DNA of 64,000 bases from an uncultured Burkholderiales bacterium (GTDB taxonomy: Bacteria; Actinomycetota; Acidimicrobiia; IMCC26256; JAGPDB01). A model generated the notes under the pieces. The model was not told where the DNA came from. It saw nothing but the letters and a program-made list of their open reading frames with translations, and did no database searches. The position numbers and the translations under genes are program-made. Position 1 is the stretch's first letter, and each line of letters opens with the position of its first letter. This document shows positions 54,907 through 64,000 of this stretch, in pieces. The stretch is from the NCBI GenBank assembly GCA_964391505.1, contig CAYMMG010000002.1:38455-102454 (forward strand), read 5' to 3'.

Positions 54907-54954
54907 GTCATTCCGAGGCTCTGCGCGGAGATCCTTCACTGCGTTCAGGATGAC
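54907..54954. repeat. palindromic GTCATTCCGAG / GAGATCCTTC...CAGGATGAC repeat pair
   Basis: 'GTCATTCCGAGGCTCTGCGCGGAGATCCTTCACTGCGTTCAGGATGAC' fills the gap between convergent genes. Confidence 0.7.
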
Positions 54955-54957
54955 ATA

Positions 54958-55632
54958 TTAAGTTGGATCGGTTAGTCCCCCGTTACGTATCATCATTGGC
55001 GCTCCGCCTTCAAAAGATATGCCATCGCCATCAACTATGACGGCTTGAGTATCCTTGAGACAATACGCAAGTTCATCAAAGTCATTGAGTTGATCGAGCA
55101 CAATATCTTTCCGACAATTTTTAAAAACTTCCCCATCCATGTGTGGAACAAGAGCAAAGTCAAAAATCTCCAGGTATCCATCTGCACCAAATTCTTTTTG
55201 CTCGTTATAGAGGAGAGATCTGGCTTTACTCGGAAGTCGTTTGCCCAGAACCATTCCCCCCGCACTACTTCCTACGTAGACCATGTCTTGGGGTAATTTC
55301 GAAAGAACATCCACAAAGCCTGATGACCGGTAAACGCTATTCAAGTAATCTGTGTTGCCGCCCACAACATAAATCATGTCGCAAGCTTTTATGCGGCTTT
55401 CTTGATCAGCGCAGGAAAGACTCAGGAGATTAACAATGTCGACCAACCCGCCAAATGTGTCGGCGATCAATGCAAGCTCATTAATCATCCATCTTTTGTC
55501 GCCCAGCTCGACCGCATGAGCAGCATTAATAATTGCAACTGAAATATCCTGGCGACTTTTCCCGACCAGTTTTTCACAAGAGCTAACAATTTCATCCGTA
55601 GTGAAGCCTGCAGATGTCAGTAAGTACTTCAT
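54958..55632 (-). CDS. S51-family peptidase (peptidase E-like)
   Basis: 'VYVGSSAGGMVLG' nucleophile motif; 224 aa. Confidence 0.7.
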   Translation of the reverse strand: MKYLLTSAGFTTDEIVSSCEKLVGKSRQDISVAIINAAHAVELGDKRWMINELALIADTFGGLVDIVNLLSLSCADQESRIKACDMIYVVGGNTDYLNSVYRSSGFVDVLSKLPQDMVYVGSSAGGMVLGKRLPSKARSLLYNEQKEFGADGYLEIFDFALVPHMDGEVFKNCRKDIVLDQLNDFDELAYCLKDTQAVIVDGDGISFEGGAPMMIRNGGLTDPT

Positions 55633-55671
55633 GCAAATATCATACTCAGGCGTTCTCTACCGTGAAATTCC

Positions 55672-55698
55672 TTTTTGCAAGGCCGGGCCCTGCAAAAA
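55672..55698. repeat. GC-rich palindromic unit (inverted copy of the 50769..50789 unit)
   Basis: 'TTTTTGCAAGGCCGGGCCCTGCAAAAA'. Confidence 0.7.
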
Positions 55699-55714
55699 GA
55701 TATAGAATGACGCT

Positions 55715-56203
55715 ATGAAATTTTCACATAACGCCACATATCCTGCAAGCTTCGAAAAAGTTGTTGAAGCAAGTACATCCGAACAATTCTTGAGCTCTAT
55801 GACAGATCTTCCGGAAACGGCTGTTCCGGAGCGTAGATCTTTTTCAGATGATGGCAACATTGTTACCTGTGAGATCTTTTGGGAGCATACAGGTCAACTC
55901 GACCCAATGGCCAACATGCTATTGAAAGGAAAGCCTCTTACGTGGGTGCAAACAATAACGATTGATAAATCTACGAAGACGGGAACGATTTCTACTGTCT
56001 ACATGGAAGGCTCCATCCCCGGATCTTGCGAAGCCACTGTGACGTACACCGAAGATGGAGACACGACAACTCGCGAAGTCGAAGGTGAAGTTATCGTCAA
56101 AATTATGATGGCAGGACCCACAGTCGAAAAAAGACTCGTTGAAGGAATCCAAATCAGATATGACCTTGAAGCAAAAGCGCTTATTGAATTTCTGAATAAG
56201 TAG
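55715..56203 (+). CDS. SRPBCC/DUF2505-like protein (tentative)
   Basis: 162 aa, alternating beta-like pattern. 'MKFSHNATYPASFEKVVEASTSEQF' resembles DUF2505 N-termini as I recall them. Confidence 0.4.
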   Translation: MKFSHNATYPASFEKVVEASTSEQFLSSMTDLPETAVPERRSFSDDGNIVTCEIFWEHTGQLDPMANMLLKGKPLTWVQTITIDKSTKTGTISTVYMEGSIPGSCEATVTYTEDGDTTTREVEGEVIVKIMMAGPTVEKRLVEGIQIRYDLEAKALIEFLNK

Positions 56204-57014
56204 AAGAACTAAGAGCATCCGCACGCTCAATTCCATCAAGCATCAAACGCCCCACCTGGATGGGTGATTCAATAATCATCCCATGCGCAGTTCCGTAGAC
56301 AATAGACAACTCTGCACCCTTGATATACATGCACAATTCTTGAGCATCACCTACAGGCGTCAATGTATCTTGACTTCCCACCAGGACTTGCGTCGGAACA
56401 TTTATCGCGGACAGTCGATTCTTGAACGTATCGGAGAAAGCACAAATCGCATCGACCTGCATGCAAAATTGTTGGACGTCAATCTCTTGAAATAGCTTTT
56501 GAGCAATAGGAAGGAAAATTGTGCTTCTTCGAAGGAGACGTGGACCAATCAACCACATCAAGATCTCGTGATCCAAAACCTTGCTACAACGTTGCAACAG
56601 TCGTTGTTTCCATTCTTGAAGTAACTCAGAACGCCAGTCATGCTGCGAACATGAAGTTGAGATAAGCGTGAGAGACTTAACTCGCTTCGGATAAATAGTC
56701 GCAAGAATTTGTGCAACAATTCCCCCCATTGAACAGCCAACCACATGCGCAGATGAAATATTTTCATTTTCCATCACACGCAACACGTCACGAGTCAGAC
56801 GATAGAGCGAAAACTCTTTTGTCGCTGGTGAACCGGGGCTTCCTCGATGATCAATCGCTATACAGAGATGGTCTTGCGAAAGTAGATACCGCTGCAGACC
56901 AAAACCTCGCGAATCCATTCCTAAACCTTGAAGGAGAATAATGGGATTTTCGCGATTAGATCCCCAGACATCATAAGAAATGATTTGCCCATCACTAACT
57001 CGTACCGTTTTCAT
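56181..57014 (-). CDS. alpha/beta-fold hydrolase
   Basis: 'ILLQGLGMD' and nucleophile elbow 'VVGCSMGG'. Confidence 0.75.
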   Translation of the reverse strand: MKTVRVSDGQIISYDVWGSNRENPIILLQGLGMDSRGFGLQRYLLSQDHLCIAIDHRGSPGSPATKEFSLYRLTRDVLRVMENENISSAHVVGCSMGGIVAQILATIYPKRVKSLTLISTSCSQHDWRSELLQEWKQRLLQRCSKVLDHEILMWLIGPRLLRRSTIFLPIAQKLFQEIDVQQFCMQVDAICAFSDTFKNRLSAINVPTQVLVGSQDTLTPVGDAQELCMYIKGAELSIVYGTAHGMIIESPIQVGRLMLDGIERADALSSSTYSEIQ

Positions 57015-57994
57015 TTCGGAACCTCGGTCACCGAAGTGGAATCTTGAACTTTTTCTTCACCACTATAAAGGTTCTTAATGATTTCTGTTGGAGAATCCTG
57101 CGATGTTATCCCCAGATACATACGGGTCGACGTGGAATCAATAATCATTCCGCGTCGTATAAACATTTCAATGTGGGGATCGATCGGGGCTCCCGCAATA
57201 AAGGACAATCTTTTAGCAAGAGCAAAGCCCACTCCGCTCGTAAAGAGAGGAATTCTGTTGCCTTCTCGAGCGGCCATCATCACTGTGGCATTGTTTGAAC
57301 ACGCTGCGTGCAATACGCGATGTCGTGCATTCACATCCAAAGTTTCAACGGCTGCGCGTACAAAGATTTCTATCGCGTCACGAGGAGAAATAACAGGGAA
57401 CCCTATATCGCGAGAAAAAGGTAACCGTGCTTGAACAGGAAATGCAGGAAGAGTTAAGAGTCGTGCCAAGGGATGAGGAACATGTGCTCCGATTTCCGGG
57501 GCAGTACGAATGATCGTGACGTAAGGAATTTTATTAGTTAATTCTTCCTCAACATCGCGACACATTTTCCCATAAGGTGTGTCTGGAGAAAGTGGAGTCG
57601 TTTCATCACATGTGCGTGAATGATTAAACCCATACACAACCACAGATGAACGAGTAATGACATGGACATCATGGTCAGATGATATTTCTTTTACGGCATG
57701 GATGATTCCTGTTGTACAGGCTTGCGTTGCATTGAGCGCACGTAAAGAATTCAGACGTGCACCTGGTTCATATACCCCAAAGTTAATAATGACATCTGGT
57801 GAAAAATTGGTAATTACTTGTGCGATGCGTTCAGCGTCATCATAACGACTCATAAAGAACCTAGATCGAGCCAGATACCTACGTGGAGGATACATATCAA
57901 CGCCCGCTATTGCAGTCACCGTAGTTCGCTGTTCAAGAAGGCTTGCTATTTGAGTCCCAAGGTCACTTCCAATCCCCGTGATGAAAACCTTCAT
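57011..57994 (-). CDS. NAD-dependent epimerase/dehydratase-family protein
   Basis: Start taken at 'MKVFITGIGSDLGTQIA' (Rossmann GxxGxxG). ATGA overlap with the downstream hydrolase gene. Confidence 0.7.
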   Translation of the reverse strand: MKVFITGIGSDLGTQIASLLEQRTTVTAIAGVDMYPPRRYLARSRFFMSRYDDAERIAQVITNFSPDVIINFGVYEPGARLNSLRALNATQACTTGIIHAVKEISSDHDVHVITRSSVVVYGFNHSRTCDETTPLSPDTPYGKMCRDVEEELTNKIPYVTIIRTAPEIGAHVPHPLARLLTLPAFPVQARLPFSRDIGFPVISPRDAIEIFVRAAVETLDVNARHRVLHAACSNNATVMMAAREGNRIPLFTSGVGFALAKRLSFIAGAPIDPHIEMFIRRGMIIDSTSTRMYLGITSQDSPTEIIKNLYSGEEKVQDSTSVTEVPK

Positions 57995-58088
57995 ACTCAC
58001 CCTATCGACCCTAACGCCACAGACGTTGAGAAGCAAAATGCCATCTAGCTGGGTAAATAGCAATCCTCTGTTGCGGATTAAGGAGCTT

Positions 58089-58118
58089 TTGCCTTATTTC
58101 GGACATATCGTCTATAAT
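58089..58118 (+). promoter_or_regulatory. candidate sigma-70-type promoter for the 58149 gene
   Basis: 'TTGCCT-N18-TATAAT', 30 nt upstream of an AAAGGA Shine-Dalgarno and the ATG. Confidence 0.3.
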
Positions 58119-58148
58119 GATTAGCTGTCTATATAGTAAAGGATACCT

Positions 58149-59702
58149 ATGACGACAATTAATATTTACCTCCCAGGAGAGGCATGGAACAAAGAAAAGG
58201 TTGACGGTGAAATTGAACCGGGCTTTACTGGGCCAGATATCTTGTCTGTCGATCAAAACGCGCCTGTCGAATTTGCGTCGCGCGCATACTATGTGATCGT
58301 AGATGACGATGGCTACATCTCCGACCCAGCAGAGGCATTGTTTATAGCTCGCAGAATTGATCCATTCAGCGCTAATTTAGATTATTTCAATACGCTTATA
58401 CCTCTACAGACCTTTGTGGACAGACTTTCAGCTGCTTCAAACTTAACCCGCGTCGATATACCGCGTATTCTTGCAAGAGATCCTCGACCCACCATTGCTC
58501 TTCCTCGAAATCTGGTGGAATTTGTTTTGAATGAATTTTCCGATCCGCGTAGTCCACTCAGAAATACTTCGCTGGCTGATCAGATCGAAATAATCGAAAA
58601 CTGTTTTTCGTTCGATCGGAAAACAGCATCTTCCACTCTCGCACACCATTATTTACGTGATGGATCGATATCCACCGTTAACGGACCTAGTGCAGAAAAA
58701 AGCAACAAGGGCTTTATCGAACGCTATCTCCTGATGTCTCAACATTTACCAGTGCCATCCAAAGAAGAAGCGCGCTGGCTGGAATACACGAAGACTGCTA
58801 TTGATATTGCGGTGATGACTCTCGAATCAAATGACGAACTAACTATTTCGTTTCGGAATCAAGTTGGAATTGAACTCACTTCTCTTGTTGATCATCTCAG
58901 ACCTCCACGGGAGGGTGCAACATATGAAGATATTGCAATGGCCTTATCCCGACAATTTTCTCCGCCCAAAGCACAAGGGAATGATGTACAACCTGAAATA
59001 ATACGTGTCTACATTTCCTCCCTTTTTGTAGATATAGGTTGTGACACTCAGGACGTTAATAAACGGCTTCTCCGCAACAAGGTACTCGACACATATTGTG
59101 AGAATGATGTTGACATAAATCATCTGGCATCGTTATTTCCTAACGACCCTGATAGCTTTGCACAATTCATCAGCAACCCCGATTTCCTCCGACACCCCAC
59201 AGTTCAATATACAGGACATACTCTTGCGCGGATTCTCACCAGCGATGCCCTCGATCAAAGTTTTCGAACGGCATTGATTCATAAATTTGTTGACCAATAC
59301 GGCTCAACACGACCCGAGCCAGATGAAAGTGCTCTTGACGATAGTGGATTATTGAGGGGAAGAAAAGAAGCAAGTAGCGAACAAAAAGATGAATCGATCG
59401 CAATCCTATTCCTCAAGACTTTGGAAGAGATGCGAGAACAAGACCCAGAGCGTCTATCGCGACTCGACAGCAATGATATAAAACGAATTATCGTTGGTTT
59501 TCGAGACAACTACGATGAGGCCGTATTCCTAGATGCAGCGGCAGCAGAAAAAATTGATCGTATCGCTAATGGTGTAGGGATAAGTAGAATTGCTGCGGCA
59601 AAGTTGACTCGTCCTGGAAATAATGGATTAACCGCGCTTATAGCTTTGCATAATTTGCGAGAAGCCCAATCAGGGCTGGGCACACCACCTCTTGATCGTT
59701 AA
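58149..59702 (+). CDS. hypothetical protein (517 aa, orphan-like)
   Basis: Long clean ORF with its own promoter-like and SD-like signals; no motif recognised. Confidence 0.5.
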   Translation: MTTINIYLPGEAWNKEKVDGEIEPGFTGPDILSVDQNAPVEFASRAYYVIVDDDGYISDPAEALFIARRIDPFSANLDYFNTLIPLQTFVDRLSAASNLTRVDIPRILARDPRPTIALPRNLVEFVLNEFSDPRSPLRNTSLADQIEIIENCFSFDRKTASSTLAHHYLRDGSISTVNGPSAEKSNKGFIERYLLMSQHLPVPSKEEARWLEYTKTAIDIAVMTLESNDELTISFRNQVGIELTSLVDHLRPPREGATYEDIAMALSRQFSPPKAQGNDVQPEIIRVYISSLFVDIGCDTQDVNKRLLRNKVLDTYCENDVDINHLASLFPNDPDSFAQFISNPDFLRHPTVQYTGHTLARILTSDALDQSFRTALIHKFVDQYGSTRPEPDESALDDSGLLRGRKEASSEQKDESIAILFLKTLEEMREQDPERLSRLDSNDIKRIIVGFRDNYDEAVFLDAAAAEKIDRIANGVGISRIAAAKLTRPGNNGLTALIALHNLREAQSGLGTPPLDR

Positions 59703-60250
59703 AAGTAAGACAAAGCGGGAAGCAGCTCAGGAATTTCTGATCGTTCCTCGAAATGATTGCCACCAGGAACTTCTATGCGCTCGCAATCGAGTTGCTCAGC
59801 AATGTAGAGAAAATCTTCTCGAGGTATGTAGGGATCGTGATCTCCGTGAATCAGTACGATTTTCTTAACATTACGTTTAATCGCTTCCCAATCCCACGGG
59901 GTATCAAAATAACCGCTGTCCTTTTCCATTTGAATTCCTAGATCGGTGTAGTGCGGACCGATGAGAATAAGACCGGCGTAGGAATGTGTCTCGGCAAACC
60001 TCATTGCTGCCACTGCACCACTACTCCAGCCGATTATGACATCATCGTCAGTAACACGAACAGTTTTCTTAAGAAATTTTAGCCAATACTTTGCACGCGC
60101 GTTAATACTGTCGGGCATAGTTTCAAAAAAGGTATCGTGACCCATAGATTCGATCTCTGTTTTCAACCATGGAGCAAAAGCTGCAGACCAATGTGGAGTT
60201 CCATTTCCGTGAATATAAACGAAGCGAGTCAACTGGTCACAACTCCGCAA
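59699..60250 (-). CDS. small alpha/beta serine hydrolase (YdeN/RBBP9-like)
   Basis: 'VYIHGNG', elbow 'IIGWSSGA', 'LIHGDHDPYIP', 'GGNHF'. Confidence 0.65.
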   Translation of the reverse strand: MRSCDQLTRFVYIHGNGTPHWSAAFAPWLKTEIESMGHDTFFETMPDSINARAKYWLKFLKKTVRVTDDDVIIGWSSGAVAAMRFAETHSYAGLILIGPHYTDLGIQMEKDSGYFDTPWDWEAIKRNVKKIVLIHGDHDPYIPREDFLYIAEQLDCERIEVPGGNHFEERSEIPELLPALSYF

Positions 60251-60995
60251 GAGCTAATCCGCGAAGAGTAAAAAACTCATCGTAGGAGACTTCCGATTCA
60301 ATGAGTGGTTGGAGCAATGCAGCATTTCCTCCAGTAAGAATGACCGTGACGGACCCCCTCTCATGCGTAATTCGTCTTACGAAAGTATCGATGATCGCGG
60401 CGGCACCGTACAGCACTCCGCTTTGAATACATTCCACTGTGTCACGTCCCACAATGTCTTTTGGAGCTACTAAATCGACAGCGGGAAGAACTGGAGCTTG
60501 GTGTGTCAATGCATCTCTCGAAGTTTCGATACCCGGCATAATCGCGCCGCCTTCAAATGTGCCTTGGGCATCGATGTAATCAATAGTGATTGCCGTTCCG
60601 CAATCCACAATTACTCCGGGAAGAGGAACAACGTTTTGCGCTGCAATCGAGTTCGCAATTCGATCAGGACCCAATGTAGAAACTGAGTCATAATCAAGTA
60701 ATGCGCCACGAGGATTATCTCCAGATACAAGATGAAGAAACAACCCTGTTGTGTGCGACGCTTCTCTAGCAAACTCACGAACAGTTTGCACGCCGATACA
60801 AGCAACAATATCGACAGCAGTCATTTTTGTCCGTGCAGCAATATCTTTAATTAGCTCTATGAAGTCTTGCGGATCTTTGATCGAGGATGTCGCGACTCTC
60901 TCTGGGGCAATAATTTCTCCATCAATCGCAGCTGCAGAGGTTATCGAGGTATTACCCACATCAATAACAAAACGAACGATTTTTCTTGTTGTCAT
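60237..60995 (-). CDS. coaX: type III pantothenate kinase
   Basis: 'VIDVGNTSI' and 'VDCGTAITIDY'; 252 aa. Confidence 0.85.
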   Translation of the reverse strand: MTTRKIVRFVIDVGNTSITSAAAIDGEIIAPERVATSSIKDPQDFIELIKDIAARTKMTAVDIVACIGVQTVREFAREASHTTGLFLHLVSGDNPRGALLDYDSVSTLGPDRIANSIAAQNVVPLPGVIVDCGTAITIDYIDAQGTFEGGAIMPGIETSRDALTHQAPVLPAVDLVAPKDIVGRDTVECIQSGVLYGAAAIIDTFVRRITHERGSVTVILTGGNAALLQPLIESEVSYDEFFTLRGLALAEL

Positions 60996-61822
60996 AGAGC
61001 ATCAAAACCCAGATCAAGAGCAGGTGCACTATGAGTTATTGCACCCACTGCAATATATTGCACGTTCGTTGCGCCATAGGCAGCGAGGTTATCCAGTGTT
61101 ATTCCTCCAGAAATTTCAAAAACCATCTCAGGTGCTATTTCTTGTGCAGCAAGAACTTCTTCGACAGAAAAATTATCGAGCAAAACAAGATCAGGTTTAT
61201 ATTCACACACCAAACGCAATTGTTCGAGGTCGTCGACTTCAACCTCCAGCGGAACTTCCGAATTATATTCTCGACACCGATTCACAACTGATTCCAGATC
61301 GGTCCCAACTAGATGGTTGTCCTTTACGAGAAACGCGTCATACAACCCCATTCGATGGTTCTCGCCTCCCCCGTCAACAACAGCTTGTTTTTCTAAGGCT
61401 CGATACCCGGGCAAAGTTTTTCTCGTGTCACGAACAATGGTTCTGGAACCAATCCGCGCGAGTTCATCTACATACTTTCGAGTTAACGTTGCAATTCCGC
61501 TGAGATGTTGAAGAAAATTAAGTGTTGTGCGTTCTGAAGTAAGAATGGATATGAGTGGCCCGTTAATGAGAGCTAGAGAATCTCCTGCTATGCAGGTATC
61601 ACCATTATTCATTTTCCAAATAACCTCGATAGAGTTATCTACTGTTTGCATTGTCTTCGTTGCAATAAGTGATCCTGAAAGAATACCTTCTGCGCGTGAT
61701 CGAAGAATCATCGATGCATGTTTCTCGGGGTCAATGAGTGCTTGGGCTGTAATATCGCCCTGTTGACCTAAGTCTTCACGGAGAGCAAGCTCAATTAACT
61801 TCTCCGCTTGATCGTCATCCAT
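60992..61822 (-). CDS. nadC: nicotinate-nucleotide diphosphorylase (quinolinate PRTase)
   Basis: 'RDTRKTLPGYRALEKQAVVDGGGENHRMGLYDAFLVKDNH'. Confidence 0.9.
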   Translation of the reverse strand: MDDDQAEKLIELALREDLGQQGDITAQALIDPEKHASMILRSRAEGILSGSLIATKTMQTVDNSIEVIWKMNNGDTCIAGDSLALINGPLISILTSERTTLNFLQHLSGIATLTRKYVDELARIGSRTIVRDTRKTLPGYRALEKQAVVDGGGENHRMGLYDAFLVKDNHLVGTDLESVVNRCREYNSEVPLEVEVDDLEQLRLVCEYKPDLVLLDNFSVEEVLAAQEIAPEMVFEISGGITLDNLAAYGATNVQYIAVGAITHSAPALDLGFDAL

Positions 61823-63439
61823 TTATGAACGCCCACTCTTCATAGGAACAAATATAGGTTTATTTTTCACATTATTTGTGAAGAAATGTCCTCGATAGGA
61901 TTCCTGAAGATCAGGGTAATCGCTTCGTACGTGACAACCTCGCGATTCTTGTCGCGCAAGTGCTGAGGAAATAAGGGCCTGTGCAACGAGCACAAGATGC
62001 GACATCTCGATATTTGCAAAGTTAATTTCATTCTGATCGCTATCTCCATCTAGATATTTTTTGAGCTCAGCCTGCGCTTCTTCCAAAGACAGCGCGTCTC
62101 TTAGAACTCCAACATTTCTTGTCATGAGTTTTTGGAAACTTAATCGATGCTCTGCGGAAATCATCGCAATCGAATTCTCGCCACGAGGGACCAATTCCTC
62201 GTTCACCTTAAGATAACCCAGCATTCCCGTATCAGTAAAGGTATTAATGCCAACAGCAATTGAACGTGCAACACGTTCACCAAAAACAAGTCCCTCGAGA
62301 AGAGAATTGCTGGCCAGTCGGTTTGCGCCGTGTACGCCGTTACAGGCGACTTCGCCTGCAGCCCATAAACCCGGCAAGGATGTTGCACCATCAAGATCTG
62401 TTGCTATACCACCACAAAAGTAGTGCGCTGCAGGACTAACGGGAAGATACTCTCGAGAAGGGTCGATGCGTGCTTGTTCACATGAGGCGTAGATTGTCGG
62501 AAAGCGCTCCGAAAAATTTGTAATCGAAGTGGCGTCGAGAAATACGTTATCTATTTTATGATCATTCAAAATTCTGGCGATTTCTCGTGAGACGATATCG
62601 CGTGGAGCAAGATCTCCCATTTCGTGAACATTAGTCATAAATGCATGGTCATTTTCATCACGCAATATTGCACCTTCACCTCGAAGCGCTTCTGATAAAA
62701 GAGGTCGAGGCATGTTGTCAATATGTAATGCCGTCGGATGAAACTGCATAAATTCAAGATCAGCACACATAACGTTTGCATTCAACGCAAGGGCAACTCC
62801 ATCTCCTGTCGCCAATAGCGGATTCGTTGTGACACTATAGAGTTGTCCCGCTCCTCCTGTTGCGAGGACAACAGCGTCAGCCATAATGTGCAATATGGTC
62901 GAATCGACGTCGATGCATTCAACTCCTACACATTTTCCATGATCAACAAGTAATTTGGTAACCATGTGATAATCGATAACACGCAATTTTGTTAGAGATT
63001 CATCTGCAGCAGCTTTGATCAGTGACCGCTCGATCTCTTCTCCTGTAGCGTCACCGCCGGCGTGAATAATTCGACTGTTATTATGCCCCCCTTCACGCGT
63101 ACGTGCATAACTCCCGTCGGCGAGCGTATCGAACTGTGCACCACGCGAGATAAGTCGTCGAACCGCATCCGCTCCTTCGTTGACCAACACCTCCACTGCA
63201 TCGAGTTTGCAAAGTCCAACGCCCGCGGTCATGGTGTCATCTATGTGGGATTGGGGAGTATCATCAGAAAACATGACCGACGCCACGCCGCCCTGCGCAT
63301 ACCACGTCGCGGAGTCTGCAGTTTGGGATTTTGTGACAATTGTCACTTCATGACCTTGCTCAATCAAACTAAGCGCACAGGTAAGTCCGGCCACGCCTGA
63401 ACCCACAACAATCACTCGCATTGACGCGGTGCTAGACAT
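61823..63439 (-). CDS. nadB: L-aspartate oxidase
   Basis: 'VIVVGSGVAGL' FAD motif, 'GGIATD', 'ACNGVHGANRLASNSLLEGLVFG'. Start taken at 'MSSTASM'. Confidence 0.9.
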   Translation of the reverse strand: MSSTASMRVIVVGSGVAGLTCALSLIEQGHEVTIVTKSQTADSATWYAQGGVASVMFSDDTPQSHIDDTMTAGVGLCKLDAVEVLVNEGADAVRRLISRGAQFDTLADGSYARTREGGHNNSRIIHAGGDATGEEIERSLIKAAADESLTKLRVIDYHMVTKLLVDHGKCVGVECIDVDSTILHIMADAVVLATGGAGQLYSVTTNPLLATGDGVALALNANVMCADLEFMQFHPTALHIDNMPRPLLSEALRGEGAILRDENDHAFMTNVHEMGDLAPRDIVSREIARILNDHKIDNVFLDATSITNFSERFPTIYASCEQARIDPSREYLPVSPAAHYFCGGIATDLDGATSLPGLWAAGEVACNGVHGANRLASNSLLEGLVFGERVARSIAVGINTFTDTGMLGYLKVNEELVPRGENSIAMISAEHRLSFQKLMTRNVGVLRDALSLEEAQAELKKYLDGDSDQNEINFANIEMSHLVLVAQALISSALARQESRGCHVRSDYPDLQESYRGHFFTNNVKNKPIFVPMKSGRS

Positions 63440-64000
63440 GCGTGGCCTCCGTGGAACTGTCCGGTAACGCACTCAGTGTATCGCTGCTCACCTGGCCACG
63501 GTCAATTATGACATCGCCCTCTGGTGAAACTTCGACGAAGAAATTGTCAATCAAGCGAGTGTTCCCGCAAACAGCAGCGAGGCATAGAACATAATGACCA
63601 GGGAACAATTCTCGGACTGGTTCTAAATTATTACACTCGACAAATTCACAATATTGGACCTCAAGACCGGAGTTGTTCATTGAGTCGATTGCTTGCGCGA
63701 GACACTGTTCAATATTCACTTCACCAGATTGCAATGCTCGGGCAATATTTTCTAAGTTTAATGAAATGCTCAGTCCTTGCTTTCGTTGGTCAGCGGAAAG
63801 GTATGCATTGCGAGACGACAACGCTAAACCATCATTTTCTCGAACAGTAGAGCATCCGATTACCGAAACGTCGAAAAACATTTCAGCAACAAGTTTTTTC
63901 ATTATAAGAAGTTGTTGGGCGTCTTTCTTCCCCATGTAACACGAACAAGCTCCTACAAGAGTGAGTAGTTTGCTCATGATCGTTGTGACTCCATCGAAAT
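63432..64000 (-). CDS. panC: pantoate--beta-alanine ligase, 5' part off-window
   Basis: 'GKKDAQQLLIMKKLVAEM...VRENDGLALSSRNAYL'. The frame stays open to base 64000 ('FDGVTTIMSKL'). Confidence 0.85.
   Translation of the reverse strand, partial: FDGVTTIMSKLLTLVGACSCYMGKKDAQQLLIMKKLVAEMFFDVSVIGCSTVRENDGLALSSRNAYLSADQRKQGLSISLNLENIARALQSGEVNIEQCLAQAIDSMNNSGLEVQYCEFVECNNLEPVRELFPGHYVLCLAAVCGNTRLIDNFFVEVSPEGDVIIDRGQVSSDTLSALPDSSTEATHV

Noticed and set aside
60751-61503. 250-aa + strand ORF across the coaX/nadC junction
   Set aside because: It spans two well-supported minus-strand genes and crosses their boundary. The composition is low-complexity.

Overview
Chromosomal window with about 60 protein genes and 2 tRNAs. 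I saw no rRNA, CRISPR array, integrase or phage genes. Gene content and order look like the conserved actinobacterial core: whiB-like, PAC2, hemQ/chdC, groEL with a perfect CIRCE operator, carD-ispDF-cysS-rlmB, radA, clpC and coaX-nadC-nadB-panC. GC looks moderate (mid-40s % by eye, not computed). Four accessory patches interrupt this backbone. (i) 3.6-9.5 kb, beside tRNA-Ala: an orphan parA operon with small envelope proteins; a RAYT (IS200-like Y1 transposase) bracketed by inverted REP copies, each carrying a perfect DnaA-box 9-mer; a REP-bracketed mscL; and a fused TrpE(G) whose start codon abuts the tRNA. (ii) 27.5-31.3 kb: orphan genes between groEL and a DtxR-family regulator. (iii) 39.2-41.2 kb: three single-gene, cassette-like units, each ending in the same composite repeat with a tRNA-3'-end-like motif. 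(iv) 44.4-51.1 kb, beside clpC: four tandem stand-alone ClpC-N-terminal-domain paralogues, two DMT permeases, an ATP-grasp-like orphan and a 43-codon ORF. Three short repeat families sit in intergenic DNA: the REP, a GTCATCCTGAG...GAAGGATCTC family at 9 loci, and a GC-rich palindrome at 2 loci. My best candidate for an undescribed system is the Clp_N paralogue array and its neighbours. All calls rest on motif recognition by eye from the ORF track and the sequence. No database search or folding program was run.
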